Shown here one piece after another: positions 48,878-62,190 of a stretch of 64,000 nt of DNA. Source of the stretch: Dicyema japonicum. Taxonomy: Eukaryota; Animalia; Dicyemida. The notes beneath the pieces were generated by a model that saw nothing but the letters and a program-made list of their open reading frames with translations, was not told where the DNA came from and searched no databases. The translations under genes were made by a program, and so were the position numbers. The stretch is from assembly GCA_011109175.1 (NCBI GenBank), contig RDEW01000015.1, positions 142,310 through 206,309 on the forward strand, given 5' to 3'. Position 1 is the first letter of the stretch. The number at the start of each line of letters is the position of its first letter.

Positions 48878-51800
48878 GGTTGAGCTAGTGACGTGGCTAT
48901 ATTGCACACATGTCTTTTTCGTGCTTTTCTTCGGGATCTTTCACTATTAGCTCGTTCAATGTAAGAGGATTGAAGGATTTTTTGGTTTTTACTCTCGTTG
49001 TTGCTATGAGGAATACGATAATATTTCCAGATAAAGATATGTTTAAAAACTTTGAGAAGGAAGTCAGTGTTACTGCTATCCTAGAAGTAAAAAACTCAGC
49101 GATGGGTGCACTCCGAATATTCAATACTCTATGTAGTATGGATTCTCTCAAGGTGGCTCGAATATCGCGCCGACACACAGGAGAATTTCTCCTGAACTTT
49201 AAAACTACAAGTGATTTGGAAGGTTTCCGGAATCAACTAGAAGAAAGAAAACCTTTTGGAGTTAATGGACATTCATTACAAAAAGCTACGCCAAGACCCT
49301 CAGTAGTTATGCTCAAAGGTCTTCCGACGTGGATTGAAACCAATGAGTTGGAAGAATACCTTGGAACGATATTGGGAGAAAAATTTACGGTTGAAAGATT
49401 TGAAAAGCAGGGCATCAGACTATCTGTTGCCAAACTTACAATTTCGGACAGAAATGAGGCTGAATCTCTTGTAAGATTTGGACTGATAATTGGATATCTG
49501 AAGATAAAAGCTGAATGGTTCAATAAACCAGAGATCCAATGTTTTCGCTGTCAACAGCTTGGCCATATTGCTCGTTTTTCAAGAATGTTGAAAGATGCCT
49601 TGTTTGTTCTGGGTCACATAGAAGATCGCAGTGTTCGGTTACAAACAATAATAAGTCGTGTGTGAATTGTGGTTCATCCAGCCACTTTGCCAATTATGGA
49701 GGATGCCCCAAGGCTGTTGAAGTTAACATAGCGAAGAAAAACAAAATTGACCAAAAAAGGAAAAAATCGAATGGAAAATTATCTCTTAAACGAGAAAATG
49801 CCCATAATGGAGAAAGTGAAGTTTCCAATATTGGAACGAATAAGAAATTAAGAATGTATGAGCAGACTGGCTGGAATATGACGGATAATAAGAAACCTTC
49901 TAAAAAAGAAACAGTAGAAGTTTCAACACAGACAAGCAGTCTTGATGAGAGTGACCAGGCGGAAGCACCTGTTAGAAAAGTGACTTTTGGAGTTGCTACA
50001 CAGACTATCGAGACTCACTCAAACATCTTGTCTGAAAATGAAGAAGTAGTAGCTTCCAACTCGATTTTTGACAAGTTGGAGAGAAGCATTAAAGATATGA
50101 CTATAACAAAAAAGGATTCTAAATTTTTACTAGACTTGGTGGCGCTCTTAAGAAGAGAGGGCAGTCACCAAAAAAACCAGAAGTAGTCAGGATAACCCTG
50201 ATTAATGCCCGTTCTCTTCGGAAACGGGCTTCAGTGCTGGTTGCTCACGATCCAGATGGATGTTCTAATTATAAACGAAACTAAATTGAAGAAAAGACCA
50301 TTTAAAATTGATGGATACGACTCATTAGATATTTTTTGGAAGACTGGTTCTTGTGCTGGAACAGAACTTCAATTTACTGCAAAACTTCTTTAAATACAAG
50401 ACTACCCACATCAATGAAGAAAATCTTTGTGAACTAGCAAGCATTCAACTACAAACAACCATGGGATGGATAACTATCGGAGGAATCTATTCTAAAAAAC
50501 TACGAGAGTATCCATGGATTGTTGACAAATTTATGGAAAACAATGAATATCCAATCCTTGTTGGGGACATGAACGCTAAACATACTGACTATGGTTGTGT
50601 AACAACCAATCAAGATGGAAAATGCCTTGTAAAATGGATGAAGTCTGGAGAATTAAAGATTTTAACTTCAGTCGAAATTAATCACTTTGCACCAAGTGGG
50701 GACAAGCTCGGAGTTTTTGTGATGCCTCAGAATCTGAGCAAAATTTGTGAGCACCCATATGTGGAGCAAGATATTGGAAGCGACCATCTTCCACAAACTT
50801 TGGAATAAGGACGGGGCCTATATCTGCTGAAAGAACTTTTGTTGGCTACAATTTTAATAATGTCAACTGGGTTGATTTCGATTATTTTATACGGGTGAAA
50901 CTGGGAAATGTCTGTGATCTATTGATCTTGGATTCCTCAGATATTGATTACTTGGATGACAAAATTAGGACTTTGATAGTGTGTTATTTGGACGAATATG
51001 GAAATAAAAAATTCCGTATGCCGCATGGATGCTTATCAATGAGCTTAAAAGAAGATTCCCTCTATCGAGAGAAAAAATCACTTGAAAGTAAACTGAAAAG
51101 ATGTTGGAACATTCCCGACTCGGAAAAGCTAAAGGTTCAGATCAGCTTCGTGAAAAATGAATTAATGGAAATCCAAACGATACAGGAAAATAAATGGAGA
51201 AGAGAATGCTCAAAGATCAATAACAAGAATGCAGACTTTTGGAAAGTATTCGCGAGATTGAAATCCTCTGATGATAAATGTGATGAAATACACCTAAAAT
51301 CATCCAATGGTTGTTGTATTTCAAAGGGAGAAATCAAAGAAATTCTACAACAACAGTTAGCAAAAATTTAAGAAGTAGATCCTGCTTCCATTATGTGAAT
51401 TTCGAAGCAATAATCGTCACTATGATAGGATGGTGTTAATAAAGGGTCCTATGTGTACTCCTATTTCCCCTGAATAAGTAAAAATTGCGATTTGTAGCTG
51501 CAAGAACAAAACCCCTGGATGGTATTTTATCCCAATGAAAATATTCAAGAATGCAAATGCTATGTTAATTGATGCATTAACCATGCTTTATAATGCCTCG
51601 TGGAAACTTGCTCACGTTCCATCGACCTGGAAAAAGTCGATTGTTCAGATGATTGGAAAGAAAGGAAAATCAAGATCTAATCCAGAAAATTATAGACCAA
51701 TTAGTCTTATTTCTTCAACTTCAAAAATTATGGAGAAAATTGTCTTCAATAGATTATCAAAAGTGGTTGATGAAAACAATTTTCTTGCAAACAATCAGTG

Positions 51801-52650
51801 GGGGTTCCGTAAAAATAGAGGAACTGAAGACTGTATCCGGGAACTTAGGAAGTCAATTCAAGAATCTATAAGTAAGAAAGAATACCTTACTGCAACGTGT
51901 TTGGACATATCCAAGGCTTTTGACAGTGTCTGGCATAAGGACTTCTCGAGACATTGTCAAAGGCGAACATTGGAAAGTCGGCGCTCATGTGGATTAGAGA
52001 CTTCCTTATGGGAAGAGAGTCTTATATTCGTGTGGGAAATATGCTCTCTAAAAAGATAAAACTAAGTAGAGGTGTTCCACAAGGTTCAATTTTGAGTCCC
52101 CTCCTCTTCAACTGTATAATGAGCGAGGTGCCAAAACAGGAACACATCAATACCAAAATGATAATCTATGCAGACGACATTCTAATTTTGGACACTAGTA
52201 TGAATAAATCATTATCATGGAAAAGAACATATGTCGAAAATCGAAGATTGGTGTCGGAATAATGGATTGACATTATCAAGAGAAAAAAGTTCTGTAACCT
52301 GGATAGCGAGAAATAGGAATCAATATGTTGATACAGGGAATGTTAAATTCTCGGAAAACCTGATATACCTTGGAGTATGCATTAACAAAAAAGGATCGTT
52401 TAAAGAGCACATCAAAATACGAAGAGAGAAAGCTACGGGAATGCTCAAGTCCCTACTCCGCTTTCATTTGTCTCCAAATACTTTTATGTTTGTCTACAAA
52501 ACGTGTATTGAACCTTTCCTAATATATGGATATCAAGGTTGGTTTAAAACAGAGGAGGAATCAGTCCTACTAACTAAATTAGAAAAGACAAGAAGGCATG
52601 CAATTAAACTCGCACGTGGATTGGATTTAGCATCTGAAATTGATGAATGA
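48878..52650 (+). mobile_element. Two-ORF Jockey/I-group LINE, near full length, frameshifted
   Basis: ORF1 with three CCHC knuckles (CFRCQQLGH, CLVCSGSH, CVNCGSSSH); ORF2 APE (VGDMNAKH, GSDHLP) and RT (NYRPISL, DISKAFDSVWH, GVPQGSILSP, YADD). Confidence 0.88.
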
Positions 52651-52752
52651 CACCAACCATGTAATCATCAACAATGGGATACTTACTCCTTATGTAAACT
52701 TAATACAAACACCATTAAAAGTATGAATAAGTAAGCACAAATTAAAATCACA

Positions 52753-53500
52753 CTAACTACTAATAGGACGTGTCTTAGTGACAGACTTCTTAACCGGTGT
52801 CTTCTTTGATACAATTTTTTTCTTTGTATCCTTAGTAACCTTTGTAGGCTTAACAGGTTTCTTAGCTTTCGCGGTTGTCCTCCTTACTACACTGGAATTC
52901 TTTTTAGAATTAGCCACTGAAGTTCTTTTGGTAGTTGAAGGTACCTTGGCAGATATATTCAAGGTTTGACAGTATTTTTTCCTGAAGATTTAGAGACACT
53001 GGAAGTCTTAATCTGAGTTAACAGAATACTTTTTAACTTGCTTTTCTTTAGTAGTACTCACCTTAGACACCGTACTAGCTGTCTTTTGAGGGTTTGATGA
53101 TCTACAAAAAATAAACGGTAATCAAAACCTTTTCTTAGCAGACATTTTCTTCTAGCGTTTTTGGCCAGATCACTCTCAGGTAAACAAAAAGCCCCAGAAG
53201 CTCCGACACCCTGAGATTGTAAAAAAGAGAAAAAGTACACTTAATCTATATAACTTAACTTAATAGTACTTTGACTACCATGAGTTGTTATATAACTTTG
53301 AGTTGTAGTTGTCTTTAATTTTGCACTCGTACGGGGTTTGATATTTCTTTCAAAATCACATCCGAGAGCTAAATGTCGGTTATTAAAAGTTACCATTTCA
53401 GTAAAATTTGTATTATTATCTTTGTTTCAATATTTGGAATTTCATGTCATTTATTTTTACAATTTCAATATTAAGAGTATTTATAATCATCTCACTGCAG
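52753..53500 (-). CDS. Linker histone H1/H5-like protein (exon structure unresolved)
   Basis: QSQGVGASGAFCL (H15 wing motif) and a K/T/S-rich tail AKAKKPVKPTKVTKDTKKK. Confidence 0.6.
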
Positions 53501-53829
53501 TTATAATAACCGTTAGCCGAAATGCTGTTATATTCAACTAAACAACCTATATTAGTGGCAATCCATGTTAATCCAGAAGAAACATATATATCATTTGATA
53601 AAAAGTTAAACAATATTTCAAAAATTATGTAATTTTTCTTCCAATTAAGGTCAAAATCAAATCGTCCTATTTTTTTCAAAATTAAAAATTGCGTCATTTA
53701 AATTTTCATATTTAATCTAATTAAATATAATGTGATTACAGTATTATTAATTTTATATGTAACTTCAATTATTCCACTAAATAACATTACAACTCGGTCG
53801 TCTTCTAATACACCCCAGTCATAAATCAC

Positions 53830-54590
53830 AGACCATTTGGCAAAAGAAGCAATGTTAGGGGGTGGAAAGAGTCAAATCAGGTGATGTAGTGTTGTCATAA
53901 GCTCTATAGGGTGTTCTTGTGTTCATCCGATTAAGGGATTATGAAGTTATTCAGTAGAGAGAAGGAGATTTCCTCTGGCATCAGTAGTTTGGCCTTTGTA
54001 CCAGGTCTGGTGTTTCGCGTTGAGGTCGCCACATATCAACAAACATAACACATTCAGGGAGAAGGTAAATTCCTTTGGGTAGGAGCTGGCAGGAAGAATG
54101 TACATGTTCGCAATTGTGATATTTTTTATTCTTGTACAGATGGAGATCCCAATGTATTCCACGGGAGATGGAGGATTGTAATGTGAAGGCGTTATTGTGT
54201 ACCCGATCACACTTTTCACGAGAGTAATAACTCCTCCACGGGCAAACTGGCGGTCCTTCCTGATAACAGTGTATCGGGAAGTGTTTGGAGTGGTGGAAGA
54301 GTGTGTCAGTTTCGTCCTTCCTGTCGACGTCGTATTTCTTTAAGAAAAATTCCTGAGCTCGTTATCTTTTTTCTCAATCCATTTATGTTGAGTTTGATGA
54401 TGGAAAGAGATTTCGCTGATCCAGGATTGGGTTTGAAGTCTCCAGAGATGATTAAGAGCGTTTTTAACAGGTCAGATGAGTAATACTGAGAGCCGTCCAA
54501 GAAAGACATTCTTCTTTGATTGGGGTGAGCAAATGATATTTTTACTGTGTGACTAATTTCACAGCGCCACTAAGGCAAACCAAATGACGA
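53830..54590 (-). mobile_element. Ingi/Vingi-like 5' fragment (leader, variant 2A, APE)
   Basis: LLIISGDFKPNPGS then LSIIKLNINGLRKK; LICGDLNAKHQTW. Confidence 0.75.
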
Positions 54591-54989
54591 TATAAATGTG
54601 ACAGTCAAGTGTGACAGATGAATCCACAACAACCATCAACAAATTTCATTAGTAACAAAAATCTATTATTTTTAAGTTCATTTAAATCAGGTAAAATGTT
54701 CTGTATTTTATTTTCATCTAAAGTTGTGTAAATTTATCAACTTCAAAAAGTAGAGAAAACCTCACCATCCCAATCGTCATCAATAAACAGGTTTACTAAA
54801 TCTTATAAAATTGATTTAAACGGGTCCTGTAGGTATGTTGAACATTTTACAAGTTCCTCGACATCTTTAGGTAAAAAGTCATCTTTTTTAAATCTTATAA
54901 AATTTATTTAGATAGATAAGTGGAACATTATACCAAAATACCTCGTGATGTTTATTTATGAACATGTCTAAAACTTGAAAAAATCAATT

Positions 54990-55056
54990 GGAGGCCATTT
55001 TGAACCCGTAGCCTAAGCCACTTTAGCCCGACACCTAACCACTAAGCCACCTGTGT
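54990..55056 (-). pseudogene. tRNA-derived relic (A and B boxes only)
   Basis: tggcttagtgg (A box) and gggttcaaa (B box) at tRNA-like spacing; acceptor and T stems do not pair. Confidence 0.35.
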
Positions 55057-55059
55057 AGA

Positions 55060-55101
55060 TTAATAATAATAATAATAATAAAGCCTTTTCACGAGAGCCA
55101 T
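55060..55101 (-). mobile_element. SINE 3' tail, severely 5'-truncated
   Basis: atggctctcgtgaaaaggct followed by a long (tta)n. Confidence 0.75.
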
Positions 55102-55514
55102 GAAGGCATTCAGATTGTGTTTTTTATAAATTATTTTGTGACTCATACGTGTTATCTGTTTTGATTTCTGTTTATAAGGTTGTATCTATAATTCACTATA
55201 TGGGCTTTTAACGATTATAAATATATAGAAAAGGAATATTAAGATTGATTATTATAAACATGACCAGTCATAATCAAGAATAAAAATTGGTTAGTTATTG
55301 TCCAGACCACAACATTTGCGTGTAATAGATTCATTTTTTCACGGGAAAATAAAAACAAAAAGGTTAAATAAGGTTCCCTTGTAAACCACCATTTGTACCA
55401 GTCTCATCCAAGGTCCCCTCTTTTTGCGCAAATTCTCTTAGTTCATCGAGATCGTCCCTTTAGCTCTTCATTAAACACGGAGGTAGAGTTGTCCTGGGCC
55501 TTTATTTTATTTAT

Positions 55515-58500
55515 TTTTTTAATAACCCCGGGAACACCGAGAAAGAAAGACAAAAGAGTCAAACAGTTAGGTGATCCCAGTCCTCGCAATCAATTGTGCC
55601 ATTCGACGTCTGTGATCTTCCATTGTCCCCACTACTTTCCTCTCTGTCTTGCAGAGGAATCCGATCGCGGAGGGGAATTTCTTATCCAATCGATCTTCTC
55701 TTGCCATGGAAAGGATCAGGCGAAGAGGGTTTCCATCTTCCTTACAGACACGAAGAATTCCGGAACCACGACTACGGATCTTAGCTTCCATGAGTGGGTC
55801 GACTGTTGATCCATTACGTGGGCAAAGTATACTGATTGTTTTCTGGTGTATTGAGTTGACTCTGTGGACCATAATCTCCGATAGCGCGAATCTCCATGCA
55901 ACGGAGGCATACTTAACGGCATGCGCGATTGTTTGTTGGTAGAAGGTAGAAACAGAAAAGTCCATATTTCTCAGGGTCCTCCGGACTAGGGCCCGTAAGA
56001 CGTTAATTTTCTGAAGGCCCCTGGTGATCATGTCTTTTGCGTGAAATTTCAAAGTGAGTAGACTGTCGTACTTGACTCCAAGGACAGTGGGGAACCTTGT
56101 CACTGGAATCCGAGTGGGACCAATAAAAATCATCCTTAAGACCTTAGAACGACGGTCCGAAGTGAATGTGGAACAGATAGACTTGGTTGCAGAAATCGTT
56201 AGTCGATTGCCAACAATCCAATCGTGGAGAGTGTTCAATTTTGTCTGAGTTTTAAGGGATGCGACTTGCGTCGAGCGGTTCCGTATTGCAATGACTACAT
56301 CGTCTGCGTAGGATAATAGCAGGGAATCTTTGTCTCCATCATTAGGTAGATCGTGTAGGAATAAGTTGAATAGAATTGGTGAAAATGGAGACCCCTGGGG
56401 TACCCCGTTCGGTAGTAATCGTGATCTAGATCTGAGATCACCACTGACTACTCTTCCACGTCTTCCAGACAAAAAGTTGGCCAGCCATAATTTCACATTC
56501 GGACGAATAAATAATAAAGCCTTTTCACGAGAGCCATAATATAGCTCCGCATAGGCAGGACACACACTTTATTTAAGTAAAGAACAGTTAATTTTAACTA
56601 ATCGTAGGAATGATCTTCACTTCTTTTTCTTGTGTGTGGGTCCTTTCTAGACAATCCAGTTCCGTAGTGAGTATCCACTGATGACGGCGTCACTCGTCAA
56701 ACCATTAGGACGAATATTAGTAGAAAATATTTTTCCAACCAGGATTTTCTTCGAAACAGTGTCAATGGCTTTGTTGATGTCAATAGAAACCAAGATTGTG
56801 CGTTTGTGAGGCGGGGGATGGGTGTTAAAACCGTCGGCAATGAAATGCAATAGGGTTGCCAAGTATGTAGCGGTAGACCTACCGCGGAGGAAACCATGTT
56901 GAAATATAGGACGTGGAGATACGGAATAATGACTGATAATACAAGTTTCTCCATAATTTTTGACAGTGTGCTGGTAACGGAAATAGGCCTGTAGGATGCA
57001 GGTTCTGTCTTTGGTTTCCCAGCCTTCAATATTTGGTCTGATGATAGAATTCTTCCAAATCTTGGGATAATATTATAGTTAATGGACAGGTTGTATATTT
57101 GCGTGAGGTAGCCAATTGCGTAGTGGTTTAGGTGAATAGAAGATACTTTGTCAGGCTCGCACGCCCGTGAGCTCTTTAATATGGTGATCACATCCAAGAC
57201 TTGGTCATCTGAGAATAGTTTGTGGTAAAGTTCCTTCTTCAGTTTATGGGCACGCACCCAAATATCCAGGTGTTTCGAGCATGGTTTGAAGCTAATTCCA
57301 ACGTAATGTTTCATAAAGATGTTAGGATGTAAGTGGCATCAGTGTTCAAGAGAAGGCTTTCCTGTTCCGTCTGTATCATCCAGCTCCGACTTGACTTGTC
57401 TAAGAGTTTTCCAGAAATGTCGGGATGAATTTTTCCTGTCGAGGTGGTTAACTAAATGCTGCCATCTCTTGTCCTTGTGTTCTTTTATGCTCTGACAGAT
57501 CCTTTTATTTAGTTGTCTGAGGGCTGTCAAAGACTTCATGTCCAACAGATGGCATCTCTTCAGCCGGTCTCTTTGTTTTATAGGACTTATTGTATAAGAG
57601 CTGAGGGTAGGAATAAACTTCTTGCATGACGATACAGGAATAAAAATATGGTCAGCTTTCTGAATGGCAGAGCTGATAATTTCTGCGGCCTCATCAATCT
57701 AGCGTATTGGGGAGGATAATCTCCGGGCCAAGAATTTATCCACAAGGTTACTGAAACCGGACCAGTAAACCTTCGTATAATCTTTGAATCTTTTTGATTC
57801 CGCCGGCCGTCTCCTGTATAGTCGAATACCTCTCAATTTTAAAGGATTGGATTGTGGTCACTGGAGAAGCCGTAAAAGACGTTCCAGGAAATGAGTCCAG
57901 CCAGGAAGGTGAGCATAGTGTTAAGTCGGGGGATGTGCAGCTATCAGTCATCCTTAATGGGGTCCTCGTATGTGAGTTAGGGTTGTTCAGTATAATCAGG
58001 TCAAGAAGATAATTTACAATGAGTTCTCCTCGGTTATCAGATGATTGGGAAGTGAGCCAAACTGGATGTCGTGCATTAAGATCCCCACATAACAGTAGAT
58101 TTTTCAATGTTGAAATGCGTGATAAATCAGGGGTGTAAGATGTCGGACACAATCCTTGTGAGGAGGAATATATAAATTAGCCAAATGGATCCAAAAGGAC
58201 GGGAATAACTCGATTTTGACAGTAATCTGCTCCAAAGTCTTGTCGGTGCCAAAAGGTCTGAGGTTCGTTGAGTTGTATCCATAAAGGAAAATCGTTCTTT
58301 ATAATAGTAAGTAGTCTTCCTCCACGTCTTCCCTGACGATCTTTACGGATCACTGTGTATCCGGGAAAAGAGGGTGTTGATATGGAGGGAGATAGCTTGG
58401 ACTACTGTATTAAAGCGAGATCAGCCTCATTTTCTCGGAGGAGTGCCCGGAGTTCAAAGGTTTTCTTCCTGATCCCATTCGTATTCAGTTGTATAATTGT

Positions 58501-58670
58501 AAAATCTCTCCATGAACCAGGATTGGTTTCGGCGTCTCCACATAAAAGAATCAGAAGTCTGGACAAATGGCGACACCAGATAGGGTCGAAGACACAGGAG
58601 TTGAAAGGACCACCGGACGGTGGGGAGAAGCTGTTGGCTCTTTTCGTCCTGGGCCTTCATCGGAATAATC
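55515..58670 (-). mobile_element. Ingi/Vingi-like LINE, essentially full length (~3 kb), interrupted by a SINE
   Basis: LLILLCGDAETNPGS, APE (CGDLNARHPVW), RT (DINKAIDTV, GVPQGSPFSP, SYADD), ORF end ARTGIT*, terminal stem-loop; no RNase H seen. Confidence 0.88.
56510..56703 (-). mobile_element. SINE-like element, copy 3
   Basis: TSD ggacgaata (56501-09, 56708-16); excision restores RT frame KIFSTNIRPNVKLW. Confidence 0.92.
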
Positions 58671-59644
58671 TTCCTTGTTCCATTAAAAAGAGGAATATTA
58701 AATTTAATAATTAATCTTAAATGAATTAAAATTTTTCTAAATTTATATAAAAATGTTAAAATTAGTAACCAAGGAGAATATGAGCAGTACTGTGAAAGGT
58801 CATCATCATCTATCGGATAGTAAAATACTTGAGGAACTGAAAGCTCTTGGTTATAATAATGTAACAAGTCACCAATTAAGTAGAATAAAGTCAGGTTTAA
58901 TTAAAAACGTAAATTTCAGACGTATTCGAGGACAGTGATGAACATAAATATTCAGTAAGTGTAATATAATATTAAAGGATAATAACTATAAAAATAATAT
59001 TTCTGACTCAGAAAGTGTTGCCTCAACCATAACGTCTTCTCGACAAATGATTAAAAGGAAAACTTTAAGGTGTAAGGAAACATCAACTTAGGCGATGTCA
59101 GAACGGTCGTGAGAGTTATATTGATGAATCCTACAGTGAATGCGGCACAGAAGACTCGGCTTCCGTTTCCTCCTCAAATATGTTAACCAAAACTAAAAAA
59201 TCGAACAGAAATGTGGAGAAAGCACACAAATCAGCAACTTCCGATTATAGTCCATGTAACATTGCCAGAAATGAAACATGTTTAGTTTGGTTTAATTTGC
59301 AGGGAAGAATGGAAAGCTCCAGAGATTTGGAAATCTTAAATCCGACCCTGTCTCACGATACCATATGTACAACAACATGTGGAGTAGAAGGCAGAAGCAG
59401 AATAATCAAGAACGGAGAGAACTACTGTGGAATATTAGATTCCAGAACGTATATAAGCCACATGCAGTAGTATATAAACAAGTTTTGTGTTTTATAAAGT
59501 AGACTGATGTGGAGGACTTTGAAAAGTTCTTTTCTGACTATTTTTCAATTAATTAGTAGACTTTTTTAAATTCATAAATCCATCTTAAAATAAAAAATAT
59601 AGTTTATCCAGACGTAATTCAAAAGACCTTATGATAAATTTAAA

Positions 59645-59853
59645 GCCCCCAGTGCCAGAGTGACACGAAAAGGGATCATTTTCTCTCCCCCACTCCACTG
59701 GAGCGGTATCCACAATTGCAAGGAATGGACGTCTTCCACCTTTTATGTTGGTTCTGAATGGACTTGTGTGACGTTTAAGGACTCTGTTTCTATGAAAGTG
59801 GGAACTGGGTGCACTTAATTAGTTGTTAACTCGGTGGGGGTTAATAATAATAA
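59645..59853 (+). mobile_element. Mini Ingi/Vingi derivative (5' leader fused to 3' end)
   Basis: 59645-59795 matches the family leader; 59790-59853 matches the family 3' end with a (taa)n tail. Confidence 0.65.
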
Positions 59854-59879
59854 AGATTTTATGATACAAGGAATCCACT

Positions 59880-60800
59880 GACCTTATATTTTATGTCTAA
59901 TAGTATAAGCTGAGAGACTAGAATCTATTTGGTCATTGGCCTTCATGGCTTTACGTCTAATGACACCATCTGACAGTCGTGTTTCGAATTCGAAAGATGG
60001 ATTTTCATCGAAGGTCAATTTTCGCCAAACAGATCCCACCCGTGAGGTGACGAATCCTTTTGGCATTATACATTTGTCGATAGAGATCATCTTACTTTCT
60101 CCCTGGCCAAGTCCACCTAAGAATGAAGGTGATGTCCGGCAAAGGTAGGACGTGTGATGAAAAGGGCCCACTTGTCCACATACTCATTATGGATGTAATC
60201 AATTTTTCCCAAAAACATTACCTGAAGCTATTTGAATGCTTCTAGGATAGATTGTTAGTGTAGAATAGAGGAGGAGGGTTATGTGAGTTGTGAACATGTC
60301 ACTGAGGTGAAGGTCGAAAAATTGATTCGTTAGGGAGGTATAAAAACAAGACATGTGAGGACTCTAAATTAGATTTAACTGTTTCAGAAAAGAAGTTTGT
60401 TTCTGGACTTCCAAATGGAAGAGATAGAGGAGAATTGAATTTTGTAGAAGAGTACCCAGAAAATCAGTCGAATGCTTTAGCTAGTCGATAAGACCAGGAC
60501 AGTTTTTCACAAAGAATTGTTGAAACCACAGTGAATTGCATCAAAGTGGAAAGACAAGCTGTGATTTAGAAAGACGTGATTGCAGGAAATTCTCTAGAAT
60601 CTTCAATGACAATGAATGAAAGAAGATTTTTTCTGTAAGAAGAAGGGTCAGAACTTTTATTATCCTTGAGAACAGAGATGATGATCAATTTTTTCAAAAT
60701 CATTGGAGTAAAACAAGTTTTTTGAGAATACGAGAGCCGTTAGTCCGTTTAGTCCATAATGCTTATAGTGGAAAATCAAGAGACTATCGTGTCCTTTGAG
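59880..60800 (-). mobile_element. Decayed LINE RT (Ingi/Vingi-like)
   Basis: FDLHLSDM..LLLYS..IQIAS and STFD-like motifs on the minus strand. Confidence 0.5.
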
Positions 60801-60830
60801 GAGACAGTTAGAAGCGCTTTTGATGTGTCA

Positions 60831-60914
60831 GGAAGTTGAGGATTTGTACGTGCGTTCTCCCCCTGTCGGGTAAGGAAGCTGAGGATTGTACGTGCGTTCT
60901 CCCCCCTGTCGGGT
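60831..60914. repeat. Imperfect ~43 bp tandem duplication
   Basis: ggaag(t/c)tgaggat(t)tgtacgtgcgttctcc(c)nctgtcgggt twice. Confidence 0.85.
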
Positions 60915-61752
60915 CGAATGGGAGATGACATATGGTGAGCAATCTTATATGTCGAATAATTATGAATCTACCTACGATTGCTGAGGACTGTTGTCTTTCT
61001 ATTGGCTAACGAGGCTAGGATAACAAATGAATGGGTTATCAGATCATTGGTAGCTTAAATCGGATGGACACAGGATTCCCATTGAAGTTATCACATGAAA
61101 AATAAAGGTTATTATCATCAAAGATGATTGTGACCTATAATTTATAATAATCTTTGATGTGATAAGTGTACCACTCATTATCGAAAAAGAACAATCCAGA
61201 TTAACAAATCTTTTTCACCTGTATATTACCCTCCTGTAGATAAGAAGATTCGCCCGACGTGTGAGCAGAGGTAAGCTCTCCAGGGTTCTCTTAAGTACAA
61301 TTGCTTGTATATATGCATGGCCTTTCTATCCACTTTCAACTGCTTCAAGTAGTTCCGATAACTTATAAAACACAATATCTACCTCATTCTACGCATTATT
61401 GAATCACTGATAGCAAAATGAGAAACGACAAAGAGAGATGGCTAATTGAGAGCGCATTCTATATAAATTCTAAGAGGAAATGTCCCCAAAATCATGATAG
61501 CTACTACGAGACAATAATAGTTTTGTCACACTTTAAAGTACATTAGTTTCATTGAGTCATCATTCAAAGCTGTTCGCGATTAATGATAATAAATTTTAAA
61601 TTTGCCGTTAAGACTTGATGAGTGAGCTTGCCACGTCATGTATTTCTTTTATCAAAATCTGGAACTCTCTACAGTCACATGAGAGGGATGATTTCATTAC
61701 ATGGATAAAGATATATATTGCTCAGTATAAGTTGTCCTTTGCTATTGGTTAA

Positions 61753-62190
61753 TTGGAGTTTTATTTTGTAGACAACAACAGATTTTTATCCCCTGTGAAT
61801 TATGAGCATCTCCAGGGTAGTCTTGAAGAAAACGAACTCAAAGCTCGATCTCCATTACAGATTCAAGTGGATACAAATTTTCCTGTTGAAGAAAACTCAC
61901 CTCAATTGGATGAAAGTCATTATAACGGAAGCACTCAAGAGTCAAATAAAGTAAATGAGGATCAAATTAATGATTCCGTTGAACGAAAAACTGCCCATCA
62001 TTGCATACACTGTTCATACAATTCTGCATATAAGAATAATGCCAAACGACACGTGCAAACAATTCATCCAGTGGAAGATGTTTCCACATCAACAGAACAT
62101 AAGACTTTGTTTCATTGCAAGCATTGCAGGTACACTTCATCCTACAGGAATAATGCTATTAGGCATGTTAAAACTATTCACTTAAAGTGA
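61753..62190 (+). CDS. Protein with two C2H2 zinc fingers (start possibly ATG 61701 via an intron)
   Basis: HCIHCSYNSAYKNNAKRHVQTIH and HCKHCRYTSSYRNNAIRHVKTIH (C-x2-C-x12-H-x4-H). Confidence 0.7.
   Translation: MEFYFVDNNRFLSPVNYEHLQGSLEENELKARSPLQIQVDTNFPVEENSPQLDESHYNGSTQESNKVNEDQINDSVERKTAHHCIHCSYNSAYKNNAKRHVQTIHPVEDVSTSTEHKTLFHCKHCRYTSSYRNNAIRHVKTIHLK

Noticed and set aside
54990-55056. Functional tRNA gene
   Set aside because: Acceptor and T stems do not pair
56660-56703. Hammerhead ribozyme in the SINE antisense strand (CTGATGA)
   Set aside because: No GAAA after a valid stem II in any copy (tcaaac, gtaaag), and stems I/III cannot be built
58635-58665. Hammerhead-like ccgatga...ggacgaaa on the minus strand
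   Set aside because: Core is CCGATGA and stem II is mismatched; the position aligns with P4-J4/2 of the family leader instead
58750-59470. MULE/piggyBac transposase remnant
   Set aside because: Only vague similarity, no catalytic motif or TIRs
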